Positions 17,094-27,370 of a stretch of DNA of 61,754 bases are shown piece by piece. The notes under the pieces were generated by a model. The model was not told the DNA's origin, searched no databases, and was given only the letters and a program-made list of their open reading frames with translations. How positions within the stretch are numbered: position 1 is the first letter of the stretch; the number at the start of each line of letters is the position of its first letter. Source of the DNA: Nitrospinota bacterium (GTDB lineage Bacteria > Nitrospinota > Nitrospinia > JACRGO01); NCBI GenBank assembly GCA_016212295.1, contig JACRGO010000042.1, positions 1 through 61,754 of the forward strand. The letters run 5' to 3'. The translations under genes were made by a program, and so were the position numbers.

Positions 17094-19130
17094 ATGGCCA
17101 TCAACCACAAAAGATCGCTTCAGGATATCCTGAATTGGGCGGAATCCTTCACAGGCATAGGGATTTGCGTCAAGAACGGTGAAGGCGGCTTGGTCTGCCA
17201 AAGTCCGGGATTTGGACAAAAGGGAGAGATAATTCCCCCGGCGGACCGGACCTTCCGGCCTGACATCGGGAAGGATTCCCCGGAGTGGAAAATTTCCTTT
17301 GATCCGCAACCGGACGGCCCCTTGCCGGACAGAATCCGCGACTTCATCAACGCCTCCTTTTCCCATGTAATTTTTCAGGAGAGGTCCATTGAGTCCTTGA
17401 GCCGGGAAGTAGTGGAGAGCTATGGGGAGATCAATCTCTTTTATAAGCTCAGCGAGACCCTTCTGGATATAACGGATATCCAGAAAATCTGCCGGAACAT
17501 TCTGGACCAGGCCCTGGAGCGTATTCCTTCCCTTAAGGGGTCCATTCTTCTCCTGAAGCCGGAAGACGGACATTTGGATTTGGCAGCGGCCCAGGGCGAT
17601 GGACTGGAGGAAAAAGTAGGGGATGATTTTTTTTGCGCAATAAAAGGCTGCATCCTTGAAACCATATTGGAAACAAAGAAGCCGCTTTTCACTAACAATT
17701 TGGCCGGCCTTTCCATGACCGCCGGACATGAGTGCAGCCAATTGTTGGGCAGCCACTCCGTCCTGGCGGTCCCGCTGCCGATGCCTTCCGAACCGGGCAG
17801 GGACCTGCCTAAAGAGTTTTTAGGGATGATCGTCCTTTCCGACAAGAAAGCGAACGGGCACGGGTTTACGTCCCCCGACCTTAAACTCCTTTTGTCCCTT
17901 GCCTCCCAGGCCGCGCTGTCCATTACCCATTCCAAGACCCTGGCAAAGGTGCAGTCCTCGAAAAAAGCGCTGGAGGAGACTTACAACGAATTGATGCGCA
18001 CTTATGAAAGCCTTCAAAAACACGCGTCCTTGAACGAGCAGATCAACCAAATCAGCAAGCGCATACACGCCACTCAAAATATCCGCTCCATCTTCAGCGC
18101 CCTCGCGGATTACTCCAAGAACCTCCTCAGGGCCGAATTCGGCCTGGCGGTGTACAAGAAGGAGGATGAATCCATCGAATTGCACGCCACCTCTGGATTC
18201 AAGGAACACGGTAAAATAAAGGAGCTTTCAGGAAACCTGAGGCCGGGGCATTTCAGGAACATCCTGGAAACAGGGAAAAGCCTTTCCTTTTGTGAAACCC
18301 TGGACGGGGGCCTCGATTTGGGCCTGGGCCTGGAGGAAACCCCCATAAAGAGCTTTTTGGGTATTCCCATTTTTTACCACGGGGCGCCAAGGGGGATGAT
18401 CGCGGTTTTCAACAACGAAGGGACCGAGGGGTTTTCCGGGGACGATTTGGAACTGCTCAACAGCCTCGCGCTCCAGGCGTCCACGGTTTTGGAAAACGCC
18501 GCGCTCATAAATAAATTAAAGGTGGCCCAGCACACCACCATGATCAAGCTCGCGGAGTTGGCGGAAAAAAGGGACCCCGAGACCGGACTCCATCTGGAAA
18601 GGATGAGGCACTACAGCCGGGCCCTGGCCTTGACGCTTCGGGAAAATCCGAAATACCGGGAGGTCCTCACGGAGGATTTCGTGGAATCCATCTTTCAATC
18701 AAGTCCCTTGCATGACATAGGCAAAGTGGGGATACATGACTCCGTGCTCCTCAAGCCCGGAAAGTTGACCGATGAGGAATTCGAGGTGATGAAGACCCAT
18801 GCCCAGATCGGGGGAGAGATACTGGAAGGCCCTGATTTTTTGAAGATCGGACGCAACTTGGCCCTCTGCCATCATGAAAAATTCGACGGGAGCGGCTATC
18901 CCAAGGGATTAAAAGGAGATGAAATTCCCATCGAGGCCAGGATACTTTCCCTGGCCGATGTGTTTGACGCCCTGACGTCCCGAAGGGTTTATAAGGAACC
19001 ATTCCCATTCGATAAGGCGTATTCCATTATCATGCACGAAAAAGGCCGCGGCTTTGATCCAGACGTGGTGGAGGCATTCAATAACTGTTTGGAAAAATGC
19101 AAGGAAATCCAGGAGAAATATGGAGACTGA
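17094..19130 (+). CDS. GAF-GAF-HD-GYP domain cyclic-di-GMP phosphodiesterase-type protein
   Basis: Two GAF-like segments and a C-terminal HD-GYP domain (HDIGKVG, HHEKFDGSGYPKGL). Confidence 0.85.
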   Translation: MAINHKRSLQDILNWAESFTGIGICVKNGEGGLVCQSPGFGQKGEIIPPADRTFRPDIGKDSPEWKISFDPQPDGPLPDRIRDFINASFSHVIFQERSIESLSREVVESYGEINLFYKLSETLLDITDIQKICRNILDQALERIPSLKGSILLLKPEDGHLDLAAAQGDGLEEKVGDDFFCAIKGCILETILETKKPLFTNNLAGLSMTAGHECSQLLGSHSVLAVPLPMPSEPGRDLPKEFLGMIVLSDKKANGHGFTSPDLKLLLSLASQAALSITHSKTLAKVQSSKKALEETYNELMRTYESLQKHASLNEQINQISKRIHATQNIRSIFSALADYSKNLLRAEFGLAVYKKEDESIELHATSGFKEHGKIKELSGNLRPGHFRNILETGKSLSFCETLDGGLDLGLGLEETPIKSFLGIPIFYHGAPRGMIAVFNNEGTEGFSGDDLELLNSLALQASTVLENAALINKLKVAQHTTMIKLAELAEKRDPETGLHLERMRHYSRALALTLRENPKYREVLTEDFVESIFQSSPLHDIGKVGIHDSVLLKPGKLTDEEFEVMKTHAQIGGEILEGPDFLKIGRNLALCHHEKFDGSGYPKGLKGDEIPIEARILSLADVFDALTSRRVYKEPFPFDKAYSIIMHEKGRGFDPDVVEAFNNCLEKCKEIQEKYGD

Positions 19131-19500
19131 CGACGCCAAGGGCATACTGATAGTAGACGACGAGTTATGCATTGTCCACGCCCTCGCTTTTTTGTTCGAG
19201 GAGGCGGGTTATCGGGTTTTTCGCGCATCGAGCGCCGGTGAGGCCGAGGAAATTCTCGACAGGGAATGTCCCGGGCTGATCTTCCTTGACGTCAATATGC
19301 CTGAAAAGGACGGCTTTGCCCTATGCCGGGATATTCGCCGGAGGCCGGAGCTCAAGGACGTCCACATCATAATGCTTTCCGCCATGGGCCAGGAAATAGA
19401 CACAAAGCGCGGGCTGGAGGCCGGGGCCAATGAGTACATCACCAAGCCCTTTGAGCCTTCCCTGCTTCGCAAGAAAGCCAGGGAAATCCTGGGGTACTGA
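19120..19500 (+). CDS. single-domain response regulator (REC)
   Basis: ILIVDDE...LIFLDVNMPEKDG...ITKPF. I chose the ATG at 19120, which overlaps the HD-GYP stop. Confidence 0.85.
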   Translation: METDDAKGILIVDDELCIVHALAFLFEEAGYRVFRASSAGEAEEILDRECPGLIFLDVNMPEKDGFALCRDIRRRPELKDVHIIMLSAMGQEIDTKRGLEAGANEYITKPFEPSLLRKKAREILGY

Positions 19501-19557
19501 GCCATGCGGCATGGCCTCAACCCTGGTAATCCGGCAGCCTACGCTTTTTTCACTTAG

Positions 19558-19718
19558 AAAATTTTTCCTGCCTTCCTAAGAGAATACTCTAATAAGGAAT
19601 GCAGGAAACCAGGAGCCAGGAGCCAGAATATGCAAAAATTCGTAATTATTCAGGGTCTCATGCGCACTGAATAACTGCAAAAATTTTTCATTTATTCTGG
19701 CTACTGACTCCTGGGTTC
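19558..19718. repeat. word-hairpin element, family D (CCAGGAGCC words)
   Basis: Left arm GGAAACCAGGAGCCAGGAGCCAGAATA (19604-19630) versus right arm TATTCTGGCTACTGACTCCTGGGTTC (19693-19718). The leader AAATTTTTCCTGCCTTCCTAAGAGAA recurs at about 41240. A degenerate GCGGC-box lies at 19501-19526. Confidence 0.8.
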
Positions 19719-20557
19719 TTTTTTGTTCGTTTGAGAAAAATCACTCCAGCGTTGAAGGAGCTTCGGACAAATGGTCCTGAGGCCACGTGGAGAAATCCCA
19801 TCCCCTCTCCTATCTCCCTGTACTCCTCGAATCGTTCCGGGGGGACGTAGGCGGCCACTGGACGTTGTGATTTGCCAGGCTGCAGGTATTGTCCTATGGT
19901 CGCCACATCGCATCCCGCGGCCCTTAGATCTTTCAGCGCTTCAATAACCTCTTCATGGCTTTCCCCCAATCCTAGCATGATTCCGGATTTTGTTATCAGG
20001 GCCGGATTTCTTTCCTTTGCGCGTTTCAGGAGGTCAAGGGACCTATTATAATCAGACGAGGGGCGGACGGCAGGGTAAAGCCTTGGCACGGTCTCTATGT
20101 TGTGGTTGAAGACGTCCGGCCGCAGGCAGGTTTCCGGAAAAAAATCGGGGACCAGTATCTCGATGGTGGCCTGCGTCCTTTGCCGCAGCATTGATATGGT
20201 ATCGGCGTAATGGGAGGCCCCGCCGTCCGGGAGATCGTCCCGCGTGACCGATGTAATGACCACGTGTTTTAGTCGCAATTCCCCGGCCATCCTTGCCACC
20301 CGATGCGGTTCCTCCCTGTCCACCGGAAGGGGCGCGCCTTTATTCACGCCGCAAAAACCGCATGCGCGCGTGCATACGTCGCCAAGGATCATGAAGGTGG
20401 CCGTGGATCTGGAAAAACATTCATGGATATTCGGGCACGACGCCGATTCGCATACGGTGTGGAGCCGGAGCTCACGCAGCCTTTTTTTCAAAGCATGCGA
20501 TTTTCCGGAGGACGGAAAACTTTTTATCAGCCACGAGGGTTTTCTGGGAGAAGACAT
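19688..20557 (-). CDS. lipA: lipoyl synthase
   Basis: CESASCPNIHEC and CTRACGFC cluster motifs. The last ~10 codons (KKNPGVSSQNK) are encoded by the family D repeat arm. Confidence 0.9.
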   Translation of the reverse strand: MSSPRKPSWLIKSFPSSGKSHALKKRLRELRLHTVCESASCPNIHECFSRSTATFMILGDVCTRACGFCGVNKGAPLPVDREEPHRVARMAGELRLKHVVITSVTRDDLPDGGASHYADTISMLRQRTQATIEILVPDFFPETCLRPDVFNHNIETVPRLYPAVRPSSDYNRSLDLLKRAKERNPALITKSGIMLGLGESHEEVIEALKDLRAAGCDVATIGQYLQPGKSQRPVAAYVPPERFEEYREIGEGMGFLHVASGPFVRSSFNAGVIFLKRTKKNPGVSSQNK

Positions 20558-20576
20558 GGGTTGGCGAGCTTTTTTT

Positions 20577-20684
20577 CACCACAAAGACACCAAGCGCGCA
20601 AAGAAAAAATTATAAAAAAGTTTGTGGCCTTGGTGTCTTTGCGGGGAATTCTTGGTTCTCTTGGTTGCGGCCACGTTGCGCTAT
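20577..20684. repeat. family C hairpin (CAAAGAC words) + inverted GCGGC-box
   Basis: CACCACAAAGACACCAAGCGCGCAAAG (20577-20603) versus TTTGTGGCCTTGGTGTCTTTGCGGGG (20621-20646). Followed by TTGGTTGCGGCCACGTTGCGCTAT (20661-20684), the box in reverse orientation. Confidence 0.8.
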
Positions 20685-20927
20685 GGTTTTAAAAAAATCA
20701 TAACGGCGGCAAGCCCGGGAAGTCAAGGAAGGGGACGCGCAAAGACCACAAAATTTTTAAAAAATTTCAAAAATATGAATATTTTACCGATAAGCTGAAT
20801 ACTGGAGTTTTCTTCCCGTCCGCATAGGAAACAATTTCCCCTTTTCCCCTTCTCTTCAATAGTATTTCTTCCCCCTTAATTTGCCTAACTGTTTGTTTTT
20901 TAAGCGTTTTTGGAGTTGCGCCATATT

Positions 20928-20945
20928 TTGGCACGAGAGATGCTT
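20928..20945 (+). promoter_or_regulatory. sigma-54 (-24/-12) promoter candidate for fliK-flgD-flgE
   Basis: TTGGCACGAGAGATGCTT. GG at 20930-20931 and GC at 20942-20943 have the canonical 12-nt register (consensus TGGCAC-N5-TTGC). It lies about 40 nt upstream of the fliK start. Confidence 0.55.
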
Positions 20946-20980
20946 ATAACAGGACAAGTCAAAAACTTTTAGAAAGGCAG

Positions 20981-22831
20981 GTGAGACAGGCTTTGAATAC
21001 CAACTCAATACAACTCGAAAGCGCCGCTAACCTTTTAAATTTTTCCGCTAACTTGAATCAGGTCCAGAACATTGCCGGGGACCAAAAGTTTGATCAGGTG
21101 TTCCGGGAGGTTTCTCAAAAACCGCTGGCTTCTCCTCAAGAGCCCAAAAAGGCCAGTTCCATGGAGAAGGCCGGTTCCGCTCAAGGCCAGGGAAATTCCA
21201 AGGCCGCGGAAACAGAAACCAGCAAACCGGATCAAGCGGTTTCCAGGAAACAGCCTGAAACGGATAATAAAGGTAGCGAGATTGCGGCAGCAGCCGATTC
21301 CGCTGGACCGGAAAAAAAGGATTTGCCGGAAGCGGAATCCGCCAATAACGTGGAAACCAATCCAGCGGACGCGCAGGCGGGCATTTCAAGCGTTGACCAA
21401 GGAATTATCCTGGCGGCTGGAGCCGCTGAGGCCTTGAAAGCCGCCTTGATGCTGCAATCAGACGCAAACGCCGCGAACGGCGTCATGAACGCCAGCGCCG
21501 ATATTAATTCCCTGTTGACGGAACCTGGAAAGGCAATGGCTTCTTTCATTAATAATAATGAGCAATCCGGCAGCGCACAGGGAATAATGCCTCAAGACGT
21601 TTTGCAGAGTCCTTCTCAAACCCAGGAGGCGGCTATTGAATCCGCGAACAACGTGAATCAGCAATTGGCGGAAGTTCTTTCCTCCGCCACGCCGGCCGAG
21701 ACCGCTTCTTCCCTTGAGAAAACCCTTGCTCCAGATTCAACCGGATTGAATGCCATGGGCATTGACAGCCGGACCCGGCAAGCGGATATGGCCGCTTCGT
21801 CCCAGGCGGAAGACGCCATTAATCAAAGCCAGGCGGAAGCGTCAAAGGCCAAGAGTGATGCTGCGCAGGTTGTGGACGCGGCTAACGCCCAGGCCAAGGT
21901 TGATTCAGGGCAGGCTATTAATAACTCTCAAGCGGCTGCCGAGGCCAACAAGGGCCAAGAAGCAGCCCTGCCTGCCGTAGCAGCGCAATCTTCAAGCAAG
22001 GAAATCTTCAAGGTGGATCCTAAAGCGGAGCCTGTGAAGGGTCCCGATCCGCTGAAGCAAAAATCACTGGAACATTTAACAAAGCAGGTCCAACCGGAAT
22101 CCTCATTGCAAAAAAACACGGATGGGGAAAATTCCGGCGGAAATGTTTTTTCCATGAATGCCTTGAAGCGGCCGGAGAAAACGGAAAATTCACTGGACCC
22201 CGGAGCAGGCAAAATTGAGTTTCAGTCCTTTGCGGTTCAGGAAAATGCCGTAAACCAGCCAACAACGGAACCGGCCCCAACCGCCAATACATTGGGGACA
22301 GCCTCCGTAACTGGCGAGATCCGGCGGGGGGACTTTCATGCTTCGCATCTCTCGGAAAAGGCCGCCATGAAGGGCGAAATAAAGCCACAGGAGGTTTTTG
22401 AGAGGTCGGTCCTGGACCAGATAGTTTCCAAGGCGTCCCTTATCAACCGGAACGGACAAAATGAGATGCGGATTCAACTCGATCCGCCCTCCCTGGGAAC
22501 CATAAAGGTCCAGGTTTCCGTTGCCGGTGACAATGTGACCGCGAAGTTAATGACGGACAACTCCATCGCCCGTGATATTCTGGAAAAGAACATCCATCAG
22601 CTCAGGGACAGTTTTTCCGAGCAGGGTTTGAAGGTGCAGCAGATGTCGGTCCATGTTGGAAACGATCCAAGGCAGCAGGCAGCGGACCATTTCCGGCCCT
22701 TTTACATGGAAAAGGGTTTTTCCAGAATGAACTCAGCCGGGGCCGGGGAAGACGAGCAAATGAACCAGCCGGTCCTTTCCAGGAACGGCGCCGGGTATAG
22801 TGATAAAGGCGGCATCAGCGTTTTTGCGTGA
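20981..22831 (+). CDS. fliK: flagellar hook-length control protein FliK
   Basis: Low-complexity Ala/Gln/Ser-rich N-terminal two-thirds. The C-terminal Flg_hook-type domain reads IQLDPPSLGTIKVQVSVAGDNVTAKLMTDNSIARDILEKNIHQLRDSF. GTG start. Confidence 0.75.
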   Translation: MRQALNTNSIQLESAANLLNFSANLNQVQNIAGDQKFDQVFREVSQKPLASPQEPKKASSMEKAGSAQGQGNSKAAETETSKPDQAVSRKQPETDNKGSEIAAAADSAGPEKKDLPEAESANNVETNPADAQAGISSVDQGIILAAGAAEALKAALMLQSDANAANGVMNASADINSLLTEPGKAMASFINNNEQSGSAQGIMPQDVLQSPSQTQEAAIESANNVNQQLAEVLSSATPAETASSLEKTLAPDSTGLNAMGIDSRTRQADMAASSQAEDAINQSQAEASKAKSDAAQVVDAANAQAKVDSGQAINNSQAAAEANKGQEAALPAVAAQSSSKEIFKVDPKAEPVKGPDPLKQKSLEHLTKQVQPESSLQKNTDGENSGGNVFSMNALKRPEKTENSLDPGAGKIEFQSFAVQENAVNQPTTEPAPTANTLGTASVTGEIRRGDFHASHLSEKAAMKGEIKPQEVFERSVLDQIVSKASLINRNGQNEMRIQLDPPSLGTIKVQVSVAGDNVTAKLMTDNSIARDILEKNIHQLRDSFSEQGLKVQQMSVHVGNDPRQQAADHFRPFYMEKGFSRMNSAGAGEDEQMNQPVLSRNGAGYSDKGGISVFA

Positions 22832-22852
22832 TCAAATAAGGAGGTTAAAATA

Positions 22853-23518
22853 ATGATTGTTACGAAAAGCGCCGAGGTCGGCTCGGCGGCTACCACAACG
22901 GCGCAGACCGCCACCGCGAAAAAGTCCATGGGAAAAGATGATTTCATGAAGCTCCTGGTGGCCCAGTTGGAGCACCAAAATCCTCTGGAGCCGATGCAGG
23001 GAACGGAATTCACCGGCCAATTGGCCCAGTTCAGCACGGTGGAACAGATTTTCAAGATGAACGAGACCCTGCAGGGCATTAAGGATTCCAACAGCCAGTT
23101 GAATTCTTCCCTGGCCTTGAACATGATAGGCAAGCAAGTGGAAGCGGATGGAAACCAGGTCAGCCTGGGGAAGGCCGGTTCAAGCGCCCTCACCTTTAAT
23201 TTAGCGGACAAGGCCGCGAACGCGGATATCCTGGTCTACAATTCCGCCGGAGACTTCATAACAAAGATCACCCAGGAAAACCTCTCTGCTGGCAGGCACG
23301 AGGTGGTTTGGAATGGAAAAGACTCCCAGGGCGTCCGCGTAGCCGATGGAAATTACAACTTCCGCGTCACGGCAACTGACGCGGACGGCAAGGACGTGCA
23401 GGCAGCCACGTACACCAGGGGGACCATTGACGGGATCAGTTATGAAGGCAAGCAGGTCTACGCAACCATAGACAACAGGCGAATACCGGTGGAATCCATC
23501 ACCGAAATTAAACAATGA
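22853..23518 (+). CDS. flgD: flagellar hook assembly (capping) protein FlgD
   Basis: DDFMKLLVAQLEHQNPLEPMQGTEFTGQLAQFSTVEQ. AAGGAGG ribosome-binding site upstream. Confidence 0.85.
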   Translation: MIVTKSAEVGSAATTTAQTATAKKSMGKDDFMKLLVAQLEHQNPLEPMQGTEFTGQLAQFSTVEQIFKMNETLQGIKDSNSQLNSSLALNMIGKQVEADGNQVSLGKAGSSALTFNLADKAANADILVYNSAGDFITKITQENLSAGRHEVVWNGKDSQGVRVADGNYNFRVTATDADGKDVQAATYTRGTIDGISYEGKQVYATIDNRRIPVESITEIKQ

Positions 23519-23543
23519 TTTGATTTAAAGGAGGCGCTTTAAA

Positions 23544-24803
23544 ATGGGATTAGTTACTTCAATGTATTCGGGCGTGAGCGGCATCGCCGCCAACTCGCAC
23601 AATCTGGAGGTCATCAGCAACAATATCGCGAACGTGAACACCATAGGTTTTAAATCACAGAAGGCGGTTTTCTCGGATGTTCTGAGCACGGTGCTGCATA
23701 ACGGGTCAACCGCCATGCAGTTCGGACACGGCACCCAGATCAGCGCGATCAACTCCAGCTTCCAGCAAGGGTCCTTTGAAACAACCACTAACGCGACCGA
23801 CCTTGCCATTGACGGAAACGGGTTCTTTGTTGTAAACAACGGGCGGGGAAATGTTTACACGCGGTCCGGACAATTCAGGATCAGCAATCAGGGAAAACTG
23901 GTAAACCCGCAGGGCTACACCCTGCAAGGCTACACCATGAGCAACGGGGTCGCGGGAAACACGGTGGGAGACATTGACCTCACCGGCGTCCAGTCGAAGC
24001 CCCAGGCATCCACTACCTTCACCGCCGGGATCAGCTTGAATGCCGCCGCCACTGCCACGACCACTTTCAACACCCCGGTCACGCTGTATAATTCAGTTGG
24101 GCAACAGGTGATCATGAACATCACATTTACCAAGGTAGCAGGTTCCAACACCTGGACTTTCGCGCCGGCCTCGTCCGTTGGGACCGTGACAGTAGGCGGC
24201 GCGGCGTCAGGGACTGTCTCCTTTGACACCAGCGGGAACCTTGCCACCATTAACGGCGCCACGGTAGGCTCCGGGGCCGCGGAGCCGGTTTTTGCCTTTG
24301 ACTTCAGCACAGCGGACCCGCCAGCGGCCGCTATGTCCGTTACCTGGGACCTGCTTGACACCGCCGGCACAGCCACCAACGGAAAGGTGACAGGTTACTC
24401 AGCGCCTTCGAACAACAGCTCCCTGGTGCAGGATGGTTTTACCACCGGCGTATTGACAGGGCTGTCCGTTGATTCCAGCGGCATAGTCACGGGACTGTTC
24501 GACAACGGGCAAACCGAGCAGCTAAATCAGGTCGTTTTGGCTGATTTCCTTAATCCAGGGGGATTGACAAAACTGGGTATGAACATTTTCTCCGCTTCAG
24601 TGGAGTCAGGGGAAGCGACTCTTGGCACAGCCAGGACCGGCGGTTTTGGCGGTGTGCTTGGCGACACCCTTGAACTCTCCAACGTTGATCTGGCGTCAGA
24701 GTTTGTTAAGATGATCACGACTCAGCAGGCATACCAGGCCGCGGCGAGGACCATAACAACATCGGACGACCTCATGACAGAGGCCATCAATCTGAAACGG
24801 TAA
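23544..24803 (+). CDS. flgE: flagellar hook protein FlgE
   Basis: N-terminal SGVSGIAANSHNLEVISNNIANVNTIGFK and C-terminal LELSNVDLASEFVKMITTQQAYQAAAR. Confidence 0.9.
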   Translation: MGLVTSMYSGVSGIAANSHNLEVISNNIANVNTIGFKSQKAVFSDVLSTVLHNGSTAMQFGHGTQISAINSSFQQGSFETTTNATDLAIDGNGFFVVNNGRGNVYTRSGQFRISNQGKLVNPQGYTLQGYTMSNGVAGNTVGDIDLTGVQSKPQASTTFTAGISLNAAATATTTFNTPVTLYNSVGQQVIMNITFTKVAGSNTWTFAPASSVGTVTVGGAASGTVSFDTSGNLATINGATVGSGAAEPVFAFDFSTADPPAAAMSVTWDLLDTAGTATNGKVTGYSAPSNNSSLVQDGFTTGVLTGLSVDSSGIVTGLFDNGQTEQLNQVVLADFLNPGGLTKLGMNIFSASVESGEATLGTARTGGFGGVLGDTLELSNVDLASEFVKMITTQQAYQAAARTITTSDDLMTEAINLKR

Positions 24804-24861
24804 TAGCTCATGGTAAGCGTTTTTTAACCTGTCTTTTGAGTTTATCATGGTTCAGGCTTAA

Positions 24862-24934
24862 GGACCTGAGGCCAGGCGCGGGGACCGGGAAAATTATTTC
24901 CGGCCCGACATGCCCGGCCTCAGGTCTTTTTTTT
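24862..24934 (+). terminator. Rho-independent terminator after flgE
   Basis: GGACCTGAGGCC...GGCCTCAGGTC long compound stem, followed by T8 (24927-24934). Confidence 0.7.
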
Positions 24935-25039
24935 GTGGCCGCCGCGCAAGTTGCGAACCATGTAATGGAATTTTATAATTATTGAAATGTATATTCCATT
25001 ACGTTCAGAAATTTATTTTGATCGCGTCCGTACCTCGCT

Positions 25040-25504
25040 ATGAATTACCACGGATATACCTTAATAATACACATCGCCTCGGCCTCGGCTTTCGCCATGG
25101 CCATGATCATCATGCAACTGGTTGTGGCGAACGTGATGAAGCGGATTCCGGATAGCCCCGGAAAAAAGGACGCCTCTCTTTTCATACAAAAAAAATGGCA
25201 TCCGGTAGTGGACGGCATAATCATTGCCGTCGGGGCCTCGGCTGCGGTCCTGGCCGCTTCAAGCTGGGGGGTAATACAATCAAGTCCGATCTTGTCAGCC
25301 AAGGCGGCCTTCGGTTCAGCGGCCCTCTGCTCGGCATACGCCAATCATTTCGTGTTCCGGTACTGGAAAAGGGGGCTTAGCGCGTCTGGAAAAAATCCGG
25401 GCCTTCTGAAAAAACTTGGAAAGACCACCGCTGTCCTTGACAAGACGGCCCTAGTCTGCGGAGTTATCACGGTTTGCCTCGGCTGGCATTGGGGGCATGG
25501 TTAG
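25040..25504 (+). CDS. hypothetical 4-TM membrane protein
   Basis: 154 aa, hydrophobic. Its end overlaps the start of the next gene by 8 nt. Confidence 0.45.
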   Translation: MNYHGYTLIIHIASASAFAMAMIIMQLVVANVMKRIPDSPGKKDASLFIQKKWHPVVDGIIIAVGASAAVLAASSWGVIQSSPILSAKAAFGSAALCSAYANHFVFRYWKRGLSASGKNPGLLKKLGKTTAVLDKTALVCGVITVCLGWHWGHG

Positions 25505-27266
25505 AATTTTGAGAGCATCTTCTAAATCCATTTCCTTCCTTACGCTGTTCCTCCTCCCGCTCCTGGCCGTCCTTCTCTATGGCCATACGTTTAAGAGCCC
25601 CTTTCATTTCGACGACAAGGACCTGATAAAAAACAATCCGGCCATTCACGATTTATATGACCCGGAGCGCGCCATGGCCTACAACCGTCCCCGTCCGGCG
25701 TTGATGGTCTCCCTGGCCTTCAGTTACCACTTCAGCGGGACCAATGTCTTCGGCTATCACCTGTTCAATATCCTGCTGCATTGCCTGTCCTCTATTATTA
25801 TTTTTTGTGTCTCTCGTTTACTGCTCCATTCATCTGGAAAAAAAGGGCGGCTCCACGCCGCTTTCCTTGGGGCCTCATCACTTGGGGCCATGTTTTTCCT
25901 GGTCCACCCCATGAACACAGAGGCAGTGACCTATATCAGCGCAAGGTCGGATCTCCTGGCCGCTTTTTTCCTGCTGTTGTCATTTTATTTTTTTTTCAAG
26001 GCGAGAATATGTCCAGGCGCAGCATTAAAGAGCGCCTATATGGTTGCGGCTTTTCTGGCTTATTGCCTTTCCATGGCCTCAAAGGAAATAGGCGTTGTTC
26101 TTCCAATCCTTGTCCTTGGGGCGGATTACTATCTTTTCCGTTCACCTGAAAATGAAAATCACGGGCGGCCCTCTGGATTTATTGAATATTTAAAAATCCG
26201 GGGACCAGCCCTGCTTCCTTTTTTCCTGATGGTCCTTGTCCTCTTCGTCGTCCGCTACCAGTGGGAGGGCTCCTTTCTGGAAAAAAAATCGGCCTTCCTC
26301 TCCATGCACTCCAGGGCCGCTTACGTCCTTACCCAAGTGAACGTCATCCCCTGGTACTACATCAACAGGATGTTTTTTCCAGAAAATCAAAACGTTGATA
26401 TTTATTTTCCCATTTACAAAACTTTTTTCAACCTTTCCACCGCGGCGGGCGCTATATGCCTTTCAGGCATGGTTTTCCTTGCGGTCCGGAGGCGTTTTTC
26501 CAGCGCCCTGCTTTCCTTCGCGGTCTTCTGGTTCGTGGCGTCCCTGTCCCCCACATCAAGCTTCATTCCCATCACGGACGTGGCCGTGGAACGCAGACTG
26601 TATTTGCCTGGGATCGCCATGTCCTTCATGGTTGCCCACATAATGTCCGGGCCGGGCCTTCGGAAATCCATCACGCCCCTGGTGGTATTGCTCCTCTTCT
26701 GTTCCCTTGGCATAAACAGGAATTACGTTTACAGGGATGAATTGTCGCTGTGGACGGACGCGGCAAGTAAAGCCAAGGCAAATGAAAGGGCTCGCAATAA
26801 TCTTGGGGACGTCTATAACGGGTTGGGCCTGTATGAGGAAGCGGCGGCGGAGTTGAGGGAGGCGGTCCGCATTGAGCCGCGTTACGCTGAAGCGCATTAT
26901 AATCTGGGCGTGGTTTATGGCAGGATGGGACGCCGCCAGGAAGCGCTTCGCGAGTTGAGATTGTCCGAAGTCCACCATTACTCGTCCCCTGAGCTTTATT
27001 ATAATCTTGGGGTCCTGTACGAGGAGACGGGCCTGTTGGACAAGGCCGAGGAAAAATATCTCATTGCCGTTAAATTAAATCCCGGGCATTCGCGGGCCTA
27101 CAATAACCTTGGAAACATTCATGCCAGGCAGGGCAGGCTGGAGGAGGCGGCAGCGGAGTGGAAGGCCGTCTTAAGGATCGACCCGGATTTCAATGGCGTC
27201 CGGGAACGCCTGGAAAAGATTTCCATGATAACCGCAAATGACAAAGAACATAGCTTAGCAAACTGA
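25497..27266 (+). CDS. TMTC/PMT-like polytopic membrane protein with C-terminal TPR repeats
   Basis: N-terminal FHFDDKDLIKNNPAIHDL and more than 10 TM helices. The C-terminus carries 4-5 TPR units (AHYNLGVVYGRMGRRQEA, LYYNLGVLYEETGLLDKA, AYNNLGNIHARQGRLEEA). Confidence 0.7.
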   Translation: MVRILRASSKSISFLTLFLLPLLAVLLYGHTFKSPFHFDDKDLIKNNPAIHDLYDPERAMAYNRPRPALMVSLAFSYHFSGTNVFGYHLFNILLHCLSSIIIFCVSRLLLHSSGKKGRLHAAFLGASSLGAMFFLVHPMNTEAVTYISARSDLLAAFFLLLSFYFFFKARICPGAALKSAYMVAAFLAYCLSMASKEIGVVLPILVLGADYYLFRSPENENHGRPSGFIEYLKIRGPALLPFFLMVLVLFVVRYQWEGSFLEKKSAFLSMHSRAAYVLTQVNVIPWYYINRMFFPENQNVDIYFPIYKTFFNLSTAAGAICLSGMVFLAVRRRFSSALLSFAVFWFVASLSPTSSFIPITDVAVERRLYLPGIAMSFMVAHIMSGPGLRKSITPLVVLLLFCSLGINRNYVYRDELSLWTDAASKAKANERARNNLGDVYNGLGLYEEAAAELREAVRIEPRYAEAHYNLGVVYGRMGRRQEALRELRLSEVHHYSSPELYYNLGVLYEETGLLDKAEEKYLIAVKLNPGHSRAYNNLGNIHARQGRLEEAAAEWKAVLRIDPDFNGVRERLEKISMITANDKEHSLAN

Positions 27267-27370
27267 TTAATGAAAAACCTGGAACCACGAATGACCACGA
27301 ATTAAATAGTATAGGAATTTCCATTTTTTCCGCTTATAAATCAAATAGTTGCGTGTTAGCGACATCAGGC

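Noticed and set aside
20767-20793. Sigma-28/sigma-D-like promoter (TCAA-N15-ACCGATAA) about 190 nt upstream of fliK.
   Set aside because: It lies in very AT-rich sequence where such matches are expected by chance. The -35 is imperfect, and the much better placed sigma-54 motif at 20928-20945 is closer to the gene.
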